Below, in pieces: positions 30,015 to 38,679 of a stretch of 64,000 nt of DNA (within the stretch, counting starts at the first letter, position 1; every line of letters begins with the position of its first letter). Source of the DNA: Promethearchaeia archaeon (GTDB taxonomy: Archaea > Asgardarchaeota > Lokiarchaeia > Sigyniarchaeales > SOKP01); the NCBI GenBank assembly GCA_029856145.1, contig JAHQWK010000002.1, positions 128,001 to 192,000 on the forward strand, in the 5' to 3' direction. The position numbers and the translations under genes are program-made. The notes beneath the pieces are model-generated. The model was given only the letters and a program-made list of their open reading frames with translations, was not told the DNA's origin and made no database searches.

Positions 30015-30533
30015 TTAACTTTCAATACTCATTTGGTATTCTTGAGTCTTCTTGCTCCCGCAATGAATACAGTAAGCAACTCCTGTTTCTGTTAACGAAT
30101 GAAGCATCGTATCTGTAAATCTGCTTCCACATTCACTACAAAAAGTAACTTCAGGCCGAACTAATTGAGAGCTTTTTTGAATTGGTACTATTGGCTCTTC
30201 TTCTTTAACTTGAGGTGCTTGTTGCTGTTGCGGTGCTTGTTGTGGTGTTTCCGTATTAGATTGAGGTTTAGGTTTTCCCGAAATTGCGTAATATAATCCT
30301 TCAAACAATTTGTAAAATAGAAGGCCAATTCCTTTTAAAAGGTAATATACTCCTTTAAGTAAATAGTAAACTAAGTAACCTACACCTTTCAAGATGTAAT
30401 AAACTAAAATTACAGCAAGAACTAGTACTGCAAAAACACCAATCAAGACAAGAACTTGCGCAAAGATTGGTTGTGCTAAAAACCAATTAACAATTTCTTG
30501 CCAAGCTATACCAAAAACATTAATATCTACCAT
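30015..30533 (-). CDS. Membrane protein with Q/P-rich linker and C-terminal zinc ribbon
   Basis: TM/amphipathic LKG repeats, QQAPQQQQAPQ, CSECG...CIHCG. Confidence 0.65.
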   Translation of the reverse strand: MVDINVFGIAWQEIVNWFLAQPIFAQVLVLIGVFAVLVLAVILVYYILKGVGYLVYYLLKGVYYLLKGIGLLFYKLFEGLYYAISGKPKPQSNTETPQQAPQQQQAPQVKEEEPIVPIQKSSQLVRPEVTFCSECGSRFTDTMLHSLTETGVAYCIHCGSKKTQEYQMSIES

Positions 30534-30680
30534 ATTTTTATCACTCTAATTGTATTATTTTTACTTAATTATGGGGAGATTTTACTCGAATTAAAAAAAT
30601 TTGGAGTCCAATTTTTAAAGTTAGTAACTAACAATTTCTTAAAAATTGATATGAAATGGGATAACACACAAAACAGAAAA

Positions 30681-32102
30681 TTATTGTAAATCTTTATTCA
30701 ATTTTTGATTGAATTCATACATCATTTTAAATGCAATTATTGCATGTTTTATTCTGCTCATTATTGGAATGTTAACTTCTGAATTAGATAAAGATGCCGC
30801 TTTTCTAAGAAAATCAAAGGTCCATCCCGAACCAAAGCATACACAAACGCAGGGTTTATTAAATTTCTGTGTTAATTCTTTAATTAGATCAAATTGGTGC
30901 TTTGCCCATTTTGTAGCCATTGAACCCATCATTTGGAGTGGCCATCGAGGAACTGAAAAAATATATAAAAGAGAATCTACATTTTTGTCTTCAAAAATTA
31001 CTTTTATTGATGGTTCAAACGTTTCAAATAAAGAAGGTCCTAAATCGATAGTACCTCCAATTGACACCCAATTAGGAATTGTAGATTTGATAAGAGAAAT
31101 GGTATGTTCACTTAATTTTGCAAGATTTAAACCTTGTTTTTCAATCTCATCACAAGCTAAAGCACCTAAACTTCCCGAACCCGTAATAACTGCAATATTT
31201 TTTCCTTTAGGTAAAGGTTGAGTGGCAAAGACCTGAGCAATATTAAACATTTCATAAAAATTTTTAACTCGAAAGATTCCAGGAGTTTGCTTAATGACAG
31301 CATCATAAATTTTATCATTTCCTGCCATCGAGCCTGTGTGACTATTAACTGCTTTTGACCCTATTTCACTTTTTCCATTTTTAAGAATTAATACTGGTTT
31401 TTCCATTTTTTTAAGCATTTTTATAAACTGTTTCCCTCGTTTTGTAGCTTCTAAATAAAGACTAATAACTGCTGTTTCAGGATCTTTATTCAAATATTCA
31501 AGAAGATCAATCTCATCAACATCTACTTTATTTCCTATCGTAATTGTTTTTGAGAATCCAATTCCTTTATCAGTTGCCCAATCAACAAATATATTTCCAA
31601 GTACTCCTGATTGAGCAATAATAGCAATCCTTCCTTTAATCGCTTTATCAAAATCCATATCTGCTGATGAAAATTGATTATTAAAATCAGTCACTCCAAT
31701 GCAATTTGGACCTATAATCCGGATACCAGCCTCTTTAGCAATTTGTGCAATTTCCTTTTCAATAGTAATATATTTTTCTACTCCGGTCTCAGCAAAACCC
31801 GCTGCTTCTATTATTATACCTTTTACACCCTTTTTAACACAATCCTTTACCGCCTGAAGAACGTATTCATTTCCAATGAGTATTATTGCTAATTCAATTT
31901 CTTCAGGAATATCTTTAATGTTTTTATATGCTTTATGGCCATGAATTTCTTTCTTCTTTATATTAACTGGAAAAGTTTTAAATTTAGAATCTAATAGATA
32001 TTTTGTTGTAGCAAATCCAAATTTCAAAGTATCTGAGGCCCCAATTATTGCAATTGATTTAGGGTGAAAGAAAACATCCAATTCTGACATAAAATCAACC
32101 AT
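30681..32102 (-). CDS. acdA: Acyl-CoA synthetase (NDP-forming) alpha subunit-like
   Basis: PKSIAIIGAS, GPNCIG, AQSG, GNKVD, SHTGS phospho-His. Confidence 0.85.
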   Translation of the reverse strand: MVDFMSELDVFFHPKSIAIIGASDTLKFGFATTKYLLDSKFKTFPVNIKKKEIHGHKAYKNIKDIPEEIELAIILIGNEYVLQAVKDCVKKGVKGIIIEAAGFAETGVEKYITIEKEIAQIAKEAGIRIIGPNCIGVTDFNNQFSSADMDFDKAIKGRIAIIAQSGVLGNIFVDWATDKGIGFSKTITIGNKVDVDEIDLLEYLNKDPETAVISLYLEATKRGKQFIKMLKKMEKPVLILKNGKSEIGSKAVNSHTGSMAGNDKIYDAVIKQTPGIFRVKNFYEMFNIAQVFATQPLPKGKNIAVITGSGSLGALACDEIEKQGLNLAKLSEHTISLIKSTIPNWVSIGGTIDLGPSLFETFEPSIKVIFEDKNVDSLLYIFSVPRWPLQMMGSMATKWAKHQFDLIKELTQKFNKPCVCVCFGSGWTFDFLRKAASLSNSEVNIPIMSRIKHAIIAFKMMYEFNQKLNKDLQ

Positions 32103-32255
32103 TATAAAATGAGATTTGAATTAATAAGTATAATTGGAATAAATGATTATTGAACTTAAAGATTCGGTCATAACCAATAAAATAACTAAGTTTAAATATA
32201 ACATTTTAGAGAAGGTAATAATACCAAAATTTAAATTTTTGAGATAGGGATTCTA

Positions 32256-32795
32256 ATGCCAAATTTTATTAGGACAAATAAGATTCAAGTTATCTGTCCA
32301 ATTTGTAAGACGAGAGATATTGTCGGTATACCTCCTTCAAGATTAAATAACAAATCTCAATTAACTACAATTTCAGTCCATAAAGGGTTAATTTGCCCTC
32401 ATCACTTTCAATTTTTTATGGATAAAAATTTTCAAATTCGAGGATATCAAAAAGTGGATTTGGAATTAAATCAAGAAAACTCAAGAAATTTAAGGAATGG
32501 TGTAAAAGCGTTTAATCTATCTGAGAAGAGTAGTAATGATCTTTTTGAAAAGCTAATACTTGATGGAGATAGAGTTAAATTTCACCCTCTTAATAGCGAT
32601 AAAAACATGGAAGCAAGGAGTTCAAAACAAAATATTATCTCAAAAAGGAAAAAGATGACTTCAAAAGAAATTTATGAAGAATTTTGGGAATTTATTGACG
32701 ATGATAATGAAAATTTTCTTGAATTTATTATGAATGATAAAAGACGGACAAAAGCTCGAATCAATTCTAATATAAGTGAATGTATAACCATATAG
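32256..32795 (+). CDS. Hypothetical protein with N-terminal Zn-binding motif
   Basis: CPIC...CPHHF...DKNFQIRGYQ. Confidence 0.6.
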   Translation: MPNFIRTNKIQVICPICKTRDIVGIPPSRLNNKSQLTTISVHKGLICPHHFQFFMDKNFQIRGYQKVDLELNQENSRNLRNGVKAFNLSEKSSNDLFEKLILDGDRVKFHPLNSDKNMEARSSKQNIISKRKKMTSKEIYEEFWEFIDDDNENFLEFIMNDKRRTKARINSNISECITI

Positions 32796-33026
32796 AATTA
32801 GAATCCTGAAATTCAATATGAGAATTCTCTTTAATTTATTGATTTTTACATCTATTCTAAAATATTATTTCAACCTTTAGAAATGAAACATAATTTCTAT
32901 AAGAAAAAATCATCGTTTGTATGAAAAGGATATAAGAAAATTTAAAATTCAGTACTTAATTTTCCAAAATAATAATTTTAAATATAAAAATCAAAAATTT
33001 GAAGATTAATTAAGAGGTTGGAAATT

Positions 33027-34540
33027 ATGAGTTATAAACTTCCTACAGAGAAGGACCTTGATGCTATGATCGGCATTGTGGGTAAAGAATACGCTACAAA
33101 TAACAAAGCGATTACTGCGTCTTACCTGGCGAAATCAGTAATGGGTTTAGAAATCTTTTATTCAAAATCGGATAATGACTAAAGAGCCAAATCCCTGATA
33201 TCGTCATTCGACCTAAATTCGTTGAAGAGATTCGCAAAATCTTAATATATTGTTCCGCGGAGAAAATTGCAGTAAGTCCGGTCTCGGGGGGATTGTCTGG
33301 TGGGTTTTCGTGCCCAACAATCAAACCTGGCGGAGTGCTCCTTGATTTAGGAAGAATGAATAGAATTATTGAAATTGACGAGGAAAATCGATATTGTATC
33401 ATAGAACCAGGGGTTACAAACGGTGAACTTTGGGCTTATATGCACAAAAACCACCCAGATTGGGCCCCTCCTATTCCTGATGGTGCTCCTCCTGCAGCAA
33501 CCGTTATGGGAGACGCAATAGATCGTGGATTTTCATTGTATACATCTTCAGTAGGTCCACAAGGAGATAATTTTATGTGTGGAGAAATTGTTTTTCCAAA
33601 TGGAGATGTGGTACGAACTGGTTCATGGGCGCTTCCTTTTGCAAAACCTTTCTATAAGTATGGACTAGGGCCTGATATGTGGTCATTTCTAATGGGCAGT
33701 CAAGGTGCACTTGGAGTAGTTACTAAAGCGGCTGTTAAAATATATCCTCACCCCAAATATAAAACAGTTGTAGTGTGGGGGATGTCAAATCCTTATGATA
33801 TGCAAGATTTAACTCTTGAAATTGCAAAACAAGAATTCGGAATTTCTCATAACACAGTAATGGTTCAAGGAGGGAATTATCCTTTAGTAATGGCTCGTTG
33901 GCCTAAAGATAAAGTTCCCCATGATTATAAGTTCTTTGAAGGTTTAGGAATTCCAGAATGGTGGATGAATTGGGAATGTTGGGCTCAAACTCAAGAAGAG
34001 TTGGACTATGTAGTTAATAGAATTAATAGTATGGCAGAAGATTTTAAAAAAAGAGCAAAAGATCCTGATGCTATAAAACCTCAAGAACTTCATCCTAAGC
34101 AAATCGCAAGCAGAATGAAAAAACCAAACAAAATCGCAATTCCTTACAGTTTTTGGGAAGCTGGCTTTTTATTTATCACATGGTATACTCCATGGCCGGA
34201 ATGTGGACACTTTGCTGATATGTATTGTAAAGCTATGGAAAAGTATGGATTTCCACCAGTTATGTGGATAGCAAGTATTGAACGGTGTAGACAAGCAATT
34301 TGTATGCCAATCGTCTGTTTTGATTCCACTAAGCAATCAGATTTAGAAAAGGTTCAAGAGATGAATAGAGAAACAACTGAATATGCTCTTAAGCAAGGTT
34401 GGTTAAATTACAGACCAGATCCATACATTCATATCCAAGCTTATTATCAAGCGGGGATGTATTGGAAATATTTAAGAGCCTTTAAGAAACTCGTAGATCC
34501 TAATATGATAATGCATCCAGGAAGACTAGCTCTTCCATAA
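33027..34540 (+). CDS. FAD-linked oxidase (GlcD/D-lactate dehydrogenase/VAO family), split by a 32-nt BHB intron: join(33027..33152,33185..34540), 493 aa
   Basis: GAGG SD then ATG 33027; exon 1 MSYKLP...SVMGLE; exon 2 SQIPDIVIRP...LDLGRMNRI...EPGVT...GSQGALGVVT...KKLVDPNMIMHPG. Confidence 0.85.
33153..33184 (+). other. Candidate archaeal-type (bulge-helix-bulge) mRNA intron, 32 nt
   Basis: Central helix UUAG(33147-50)/CUAA(33179-82), bulges AA|A and AG|A, flanking exon and intron helices; removal restores the frame. Confidence 0.85.
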
Positions 34541-34560
34541 ATAAAGGAGGTTAATAAAAA

Positions 34561-35982
34561 ATGGCTAAAACAGGAATGGAAAGATTAGAAGAATTGAAAA
34601 AAGATATTTATAAATGTATTCACTGTAAGGCATGCAGATTCGCTTATTCTGGCGAACCTGACAGAGAGGGAATAGGAGAATATGCAGGAAAGCAAAGTAC
34701 TGTACTTTACGAAGGAATGGTAGACGCTTGTCCGGCAGGTATTGAGTATGGATGGGAAGCTTTCTGGAATGCAGGTAAAATGTGGATTGCCCGATCAATT
34801 TTAAGCGGGGACTTAGAATTTAGTGATGAAGTTAGGGATGTCATTCTACCATGCATTACGTGTGGTCAATGTTCAGCTCAATGTGATAATAAAATTCGTA
34901 CTGTTGATATTATAGAGTCTTTAAGAGCAGCATGTATAGAATCTGGAGTGCCAATGATAGAAAAACATGAATTAGTAGACAAACTAGTGAAAGAGCGAAA
35001 TAACCCATACGGTGGTGCTGCTGCTGATAGATTTAAATGGGCTAAAGATGCCGGCCTGGAGAAATTTATCAATAATAAAGATGCGAAAATTGCATATTAT
35101 GTAGGATGTACTGCAAGTTACCGTCAAATAGAGGTTGCTGTTGCGACTGCCAAATTATTCGAGCTATTAGGCATGAATTTCACGCTAGTTGCAGACGAAG
35201 TATGTTGTGGAAGCCCATTTTTCAGGATAGGAGCAGTTGATACCGCACAGGGATTAATGAGGAAAAATCTTGAAGCTTTCAAGAATATGGAAATGGTATA
35301 TTTCAGCTGTGCTGGGTGTTATAGAACGATTACCATTGATTACCCAAAATGGATGGCTGAAGACGAAGAACTTCCTTTTAAAACACAGCATGCATTTGAA
35401 CTAGTAACAAGGTTAGTCCAACAAGAGAAAATCAAATTCAAACCAAATAAGGAATTAAAAGGAAAGGTGGTTACCTATCATGATCCCTGTCATACTGGTA
35501 GACATTTTGCTGTTGATATGGAACAAGATATTATCGCAAAATCTAAGAACCTTTTGATGGATAGCCGTAAAATCAAGAAAGCAATTGAAGAGTGGTATGA
35601 AGTTCCACGTGTCATTCTAAGAAAACTTGAAGAGGACGTAGGAATTAAATTTAATGAGATGTACCGTATAAAGCTTGATAGTATGTGTTGTGGTGCTGGT
35701 GGAGGAGTAAGAGCAGGATATCCAGAATTTTCTCTCAGAACCGCCAGTTTGCGATGTGACGAGGCAAATGCTGTTGGAGCAGACATTTTAACAACCGAAT
35801 GTCCCTTCTGTTGGAGAAATCTCTACGATGCCAATGAAATGTACAATCACGGTATGGTTGTTATGGGTGTTCTTCAAATGATTACAGAATATAATCTTTT
35901 GGATATTTTAGAGAAGCCCAAAGAAGAAGATTTCTTAACACCATCTATTAGAGAGGCAATGGAAGAAGAACCTAAAAAATGA
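34561..35982 (+). CDS. Fe-S oxidoreductase with ferredoxin-like motifs and two CCG domains (HdrD/GlpC/GlcF-like)
   Basis: CIHCKAC...CP, CITCGQC..QC, VCCG, YHDPCH, MCCGAGGG, CPFC; GGAGG SD; in an operon with the FAD oxidase. Confidence 0.9.
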   Translation: MAKTGMERLEELKKDIYKCIHCKACRFAYSGEPDREGIGEYAGKQSTVLYEGMVDACPAGIEYGWEAFWNAGKMWIARSILSGDLEFSDEVRDVILPCITCGQCSAQCDNKIRTVDIIESLRAACIESGVPMIEKHELVDKLVKERNNPYGGAAADRFKWAKDAGLEKFINNKDAKIAYYVGCTASYRQIEVAVATAKLFELLGMNFTLVADEVCCGSPFFRIGAVDTAQGLMRKNLEAFKNMEMVYFSCAGCYRTITIDYPKWMAEDEELPFKTQHAFELVTRLVQQEKIKFKPNKELKGKVVTYHDPCHTGRHFAVDMEQDIIAKSKNLLMDSRKIKKAIEEWYEVPRVILRKLEEDVGIKFNEMYRIKLDSMCCGAGGGVRAGYPEFSLRTASLRCDEANAVGADILTTECPFCWRNLYDANEMYNHGMVVMGVLQMITEYNLLDILEKPKEEDFLTPSIREAMEEEPKK

Positions 35983-36016
35983 GCGAATTGCTCGTTTAAA
36001 CTTTATTTTTTTTTTT
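35977..36016 (+). terminator. Hairpin plus U-tract at the end of the FAD oxidase/Fe-S operon
   Basis: AAATGAGCG-AAT-TGCTCGTTT 9-bp stem (2 G-U pairs) followed by a long T run. Confidence 0.5.
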
Positions 36017-36177
36017 GATTTTTGCTATTACAGAATTTTAGTTTCTGAATAAATTAATTTTTATTAAAGAAGAGAAGTAAGATATATATGAGAAACACGT
36101 GTTATTCTACTTTATAGATATTAATTACTTAAAACTTATCATATAAATAGAAACTAATTAACATTAAGTGAAATCAC

Positions 36178-37683
36178 ATGGATTTGAGAAGTAATCTAAG
36201 AAAATATCTTCCTCTAATTGGATTCATTTTACTTATAGGACTCGTTCTTTCGTCGTGGATAATATATCTTCCGAATATTCCTGAAAAAACACCAAGGCTT
36301 GCAAAAAGAAAAGCAATTATCCTATGTAGCGCAAATGATTTTTATGGTAGTGAATCTGAAGATGAATTTAATGGGAGCCCAGATGCTAATTTTACAACAA
36401 ACACAGGTAATTGGTTTTTTACAGACAGTGAGACAAATAGTTTTCATGAATGGACTTCATTTGGAAATGAAACTTTAGGATCTTTATATATCAAACCTAT
36501 AGGACCTGGTTTGATTAATGCTAGTCTAACATATAATTGGACTTATCCTTTATATGAATACGCGCTCTATAACATCTCTGTAAGTGTCCAAATTAATGAA
36601 ACAGGGAATTTTGTAGGAAAAGGTGCTCGTATTGGCATACAATGGTTAGATTCAAGTGATATCCTAGTTAGAACTGATTGGTCGACTTATCTTAATGCTA
36701 CAGGAAATAAATGGAGGAATATTAACATGGGTGGAGTATGCAACAATGAAACGGAAAATGAGTTATTTAAAATGAAGTTGATATTAGCTTTTGAAGGTGA
36801 TTTTGTAGGAGCTGGTCCAACAGATAGTGTGCATTATGATGATGTTATAGTCGATCGATTAATACAAGTCAATTTAACTGATCCAACCGATCCGCCTCCA
36901 GATGGAAAAATAAATTCAGATGGATTTCCTGCTCAGGCACTTCAAGTTTATTGGATTTTAAAAGATCATGGATATACAGATGATAATATATTTTTAATGC
37001 TTTACCATACTGGAGACGATGTAATAGATATCGATGTGTTTGATATTTACACTAATGATTTAAATAGATCTGGAGTTCTTGCTGATATTGATGTTGAAAA
37101 TGACGATGTGAATGCAAGTAGGTTTAAACAAGAATTGGATATATCTAATCCAGAGTCATTTGCCTCAAGTATTCGTGCTAAAGATCAATTGATAATTTTC
37201 ATGACAGATCATGGGTCAAACGCAGTTCTTCCGGACAAAAACGCTACATTCCATTTCGAGGCAGATAATAGTTATATTAACGAAACAGAATTTTACGATT
37301 TAGTGAAAGAAATAACTTGCGAGAGAATGTTGATTTGTGTGGATTGCTGTTTTAGTGGTAATTTCCTAAATGAAAATAAAAACATTGGGCAAAGTTGGTA
37401 TGATTTACCTAATTGTATTCTGATCAGCGCAGCATCAAATGTTTTATCTTGGTATTGGATTAACAATAAGAATCCAGATGGTTTCGCGGGATCATGGTTT
37501 TTTCATCCATTTTGGGAACAATTAGATTTGAATCAAACTATAATGTCAGCTTATAATTTTGCATTAGGATTTATTCCTAGTATTAATTTTCCAAAACCTG
37601 TTGCCATTATTCAGAATCCATTGATGAAAGATAATTTAGGAATAAATGATACATGGAGTTTTGATAGCGATCCTCAATTATAA
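36178..37683 (+). CDS. Membrane-anchored C13-family (legumain/GPI8-like, clan CD) cysteine peptidase with an inserted beta-sandwich domain
   Basis: N-terminal TM; KAIIL; GYTDDNIFLM; TDHG and VDCCFSG catalytic dyad motifs. Confidence 0.7.
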   Translation: MDLRSNLRKYLPLIGFILLIGLVLSSWIIYLPNIPEKTPRLAKRKAIILCSANDFYGSESEDEFNGSPDANFTTNTGNWFFTDSETNSFHEWTSFGNETLGSLYIKPIGPGLINASLTYNWTYPLYEYALYNISVSVQINETGNFVGKGARIGIQWLDSSDILVRTDWSTYLNATGNKWRNINMGGVCNNETENELFKMKLILAFEGDFVGAGPTDSVHYDDVIVDRLIQVNLTDPTDPPPDGKINSDGFPAQALQVYWILKDHGYTDDNIFLMLYHTGDDVIDIDVFDIYTNDLNRSGVLADIDVENDDVNASRFKQELDISNPESFASSIRAKDQLIIFMTDHGSNAVLPDKNATFHFEADNSYINETEFYDLVKEITCERMLICVDCCFSGNFLNENKNIGQSWYDLPNCILISAASNVLSWYWINNKNPDGFAGSWFFHPFWEQLDLNQTIMSAYNFALGFIPSINFPKPVAIIQNPLMKDNLGINDTWSFDSDPQL

Positions 37684-37830
37684 ATCTATTTTTTTAATCC
37701 TTTTTTGTTAATTTAGTAGTGAACTCTTTGATTATATTGAGTTTTTTAGATATTTACTATTTTCTTCACTTAAATTTATATTACAATTAGAATTTATTCT
37801 AAAATAATAATGTACAAATAAAAGGTCATA

Positions 37831-38475
37831 ATGAAAGTAGTGTTTAAAAGACATAACAATGGACTAGTTTTTAATTTAATTATCTTCATAACACTTCTTT
37901 TAATAGGTGTAAATTCTCAAGTTTACAATGATTTAGGTAATCAAGAAGATAAAGGGGATACTATTAGCAATAAAGAAGCATTATTTATTACTCAGGGTCC
38001 TACTAATGATACTACCGCTCCAGTTATTACATTCATTCAACCAGACATGAATAATACTATAATAAGGATAAAATCTTACACAATAAAAGTAAATATCACC
38101 GATGAGAATCCACCACTTTTTGGGAATGTAACTTTTCAGATCTCAAATTTTACAAACTTTTTATTTAATGCCACAATGAATTACGACGGAGGAAATCAAT
38201 GGAGTTTTAATTGGGATAATATTAGTTTATATCCAAATCGATTTTATAAAGGGTATATAATCCAAATTCTAGCTAAAGATTCCTCATCAGATGAAAATCT
38301 TGGAATGACGGGAGATTTTTATATTTATCTAAATGTACCTGGAGTAACTCCAGGGATATTAAATTTATTTATCTATATTTCAGTAGTTTGTTTTACCCTT
38401 GCTGCAATAATAGTCTACTTAAACAGAAAGGTTCTTCGTAAAATTTCAGACAAAAAAACAGGAGATACTAAATGA
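37831..38475 (+). CDS. Secreted Ig-like domain protein with C-terminal TM anchor and basic tail
   Basis: Signal peptide, DTTAPVITFIQP, many N-x-S/T sequons, VPGVTPG + TM + RKVLRK. Confidence 0.7.
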   Translation: MKVVFKRHNNGLVFNLIIFITLLLIGVNSQVYNDLGNQEDKGDTISNKEALFITQGPTNDTTAPVITFIQPDMNNTIIRIKSYTIKVNITDENPPLFGNVTFQISNFTNFLFNATMNYDGGNQWSFNWDNISLYPNRFYKGYIIQILAKDSSSDENLGMTGDFYIYLNVPGVTPGILNLFIYISVVCFTLAAIIVYLNRKVLRKISDKKTGDTK

Positions 38476-38679
38476 ATCTATGAATATTAAATATTGTTTC
38501 TTTAATCTATATTTTGAATAATATACGATATTTAAGCTAAACAAAAATCCGAGAAATTTCTGTAAATTCTTTAATTATAAATATTTCTAAATATAAGATT
38601 TTCAATTCCAAAAAAATAAATGCTAAAATTTTCATTAATAACAAAACATAAAATAACGATTTTAGGAGTATTTTAAATA

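Noticed and set aside
33140-33190. Programmed ribosomal frameshift or simple indel as the explanation of the frame break
   Set aside because: Both frames contain stops inside the insert (TGA 33176, TAA 33180), leaving only a tiny shift window with no slippery heptamer, and about 10 extra residues would remain. The BHB cut sites explain the break exactly.
33293-34540. ORF-track start at TTG 33293 for the FAD oxidase
   Set aside because: It would omit the conserved PDIVIRP and FAD-binding N-terminal segments; the SD-preceded ATG at 33027 plus splicing gives the complete protein.
34561-35982. Selenocysteine read-through or SECIS in the Hdr-like gene (hairpin after TGA)
   Set aside because: All Cys motifs are complete, the TGA is at a natural C-terminus, and the hairpin is short and terminator-like.
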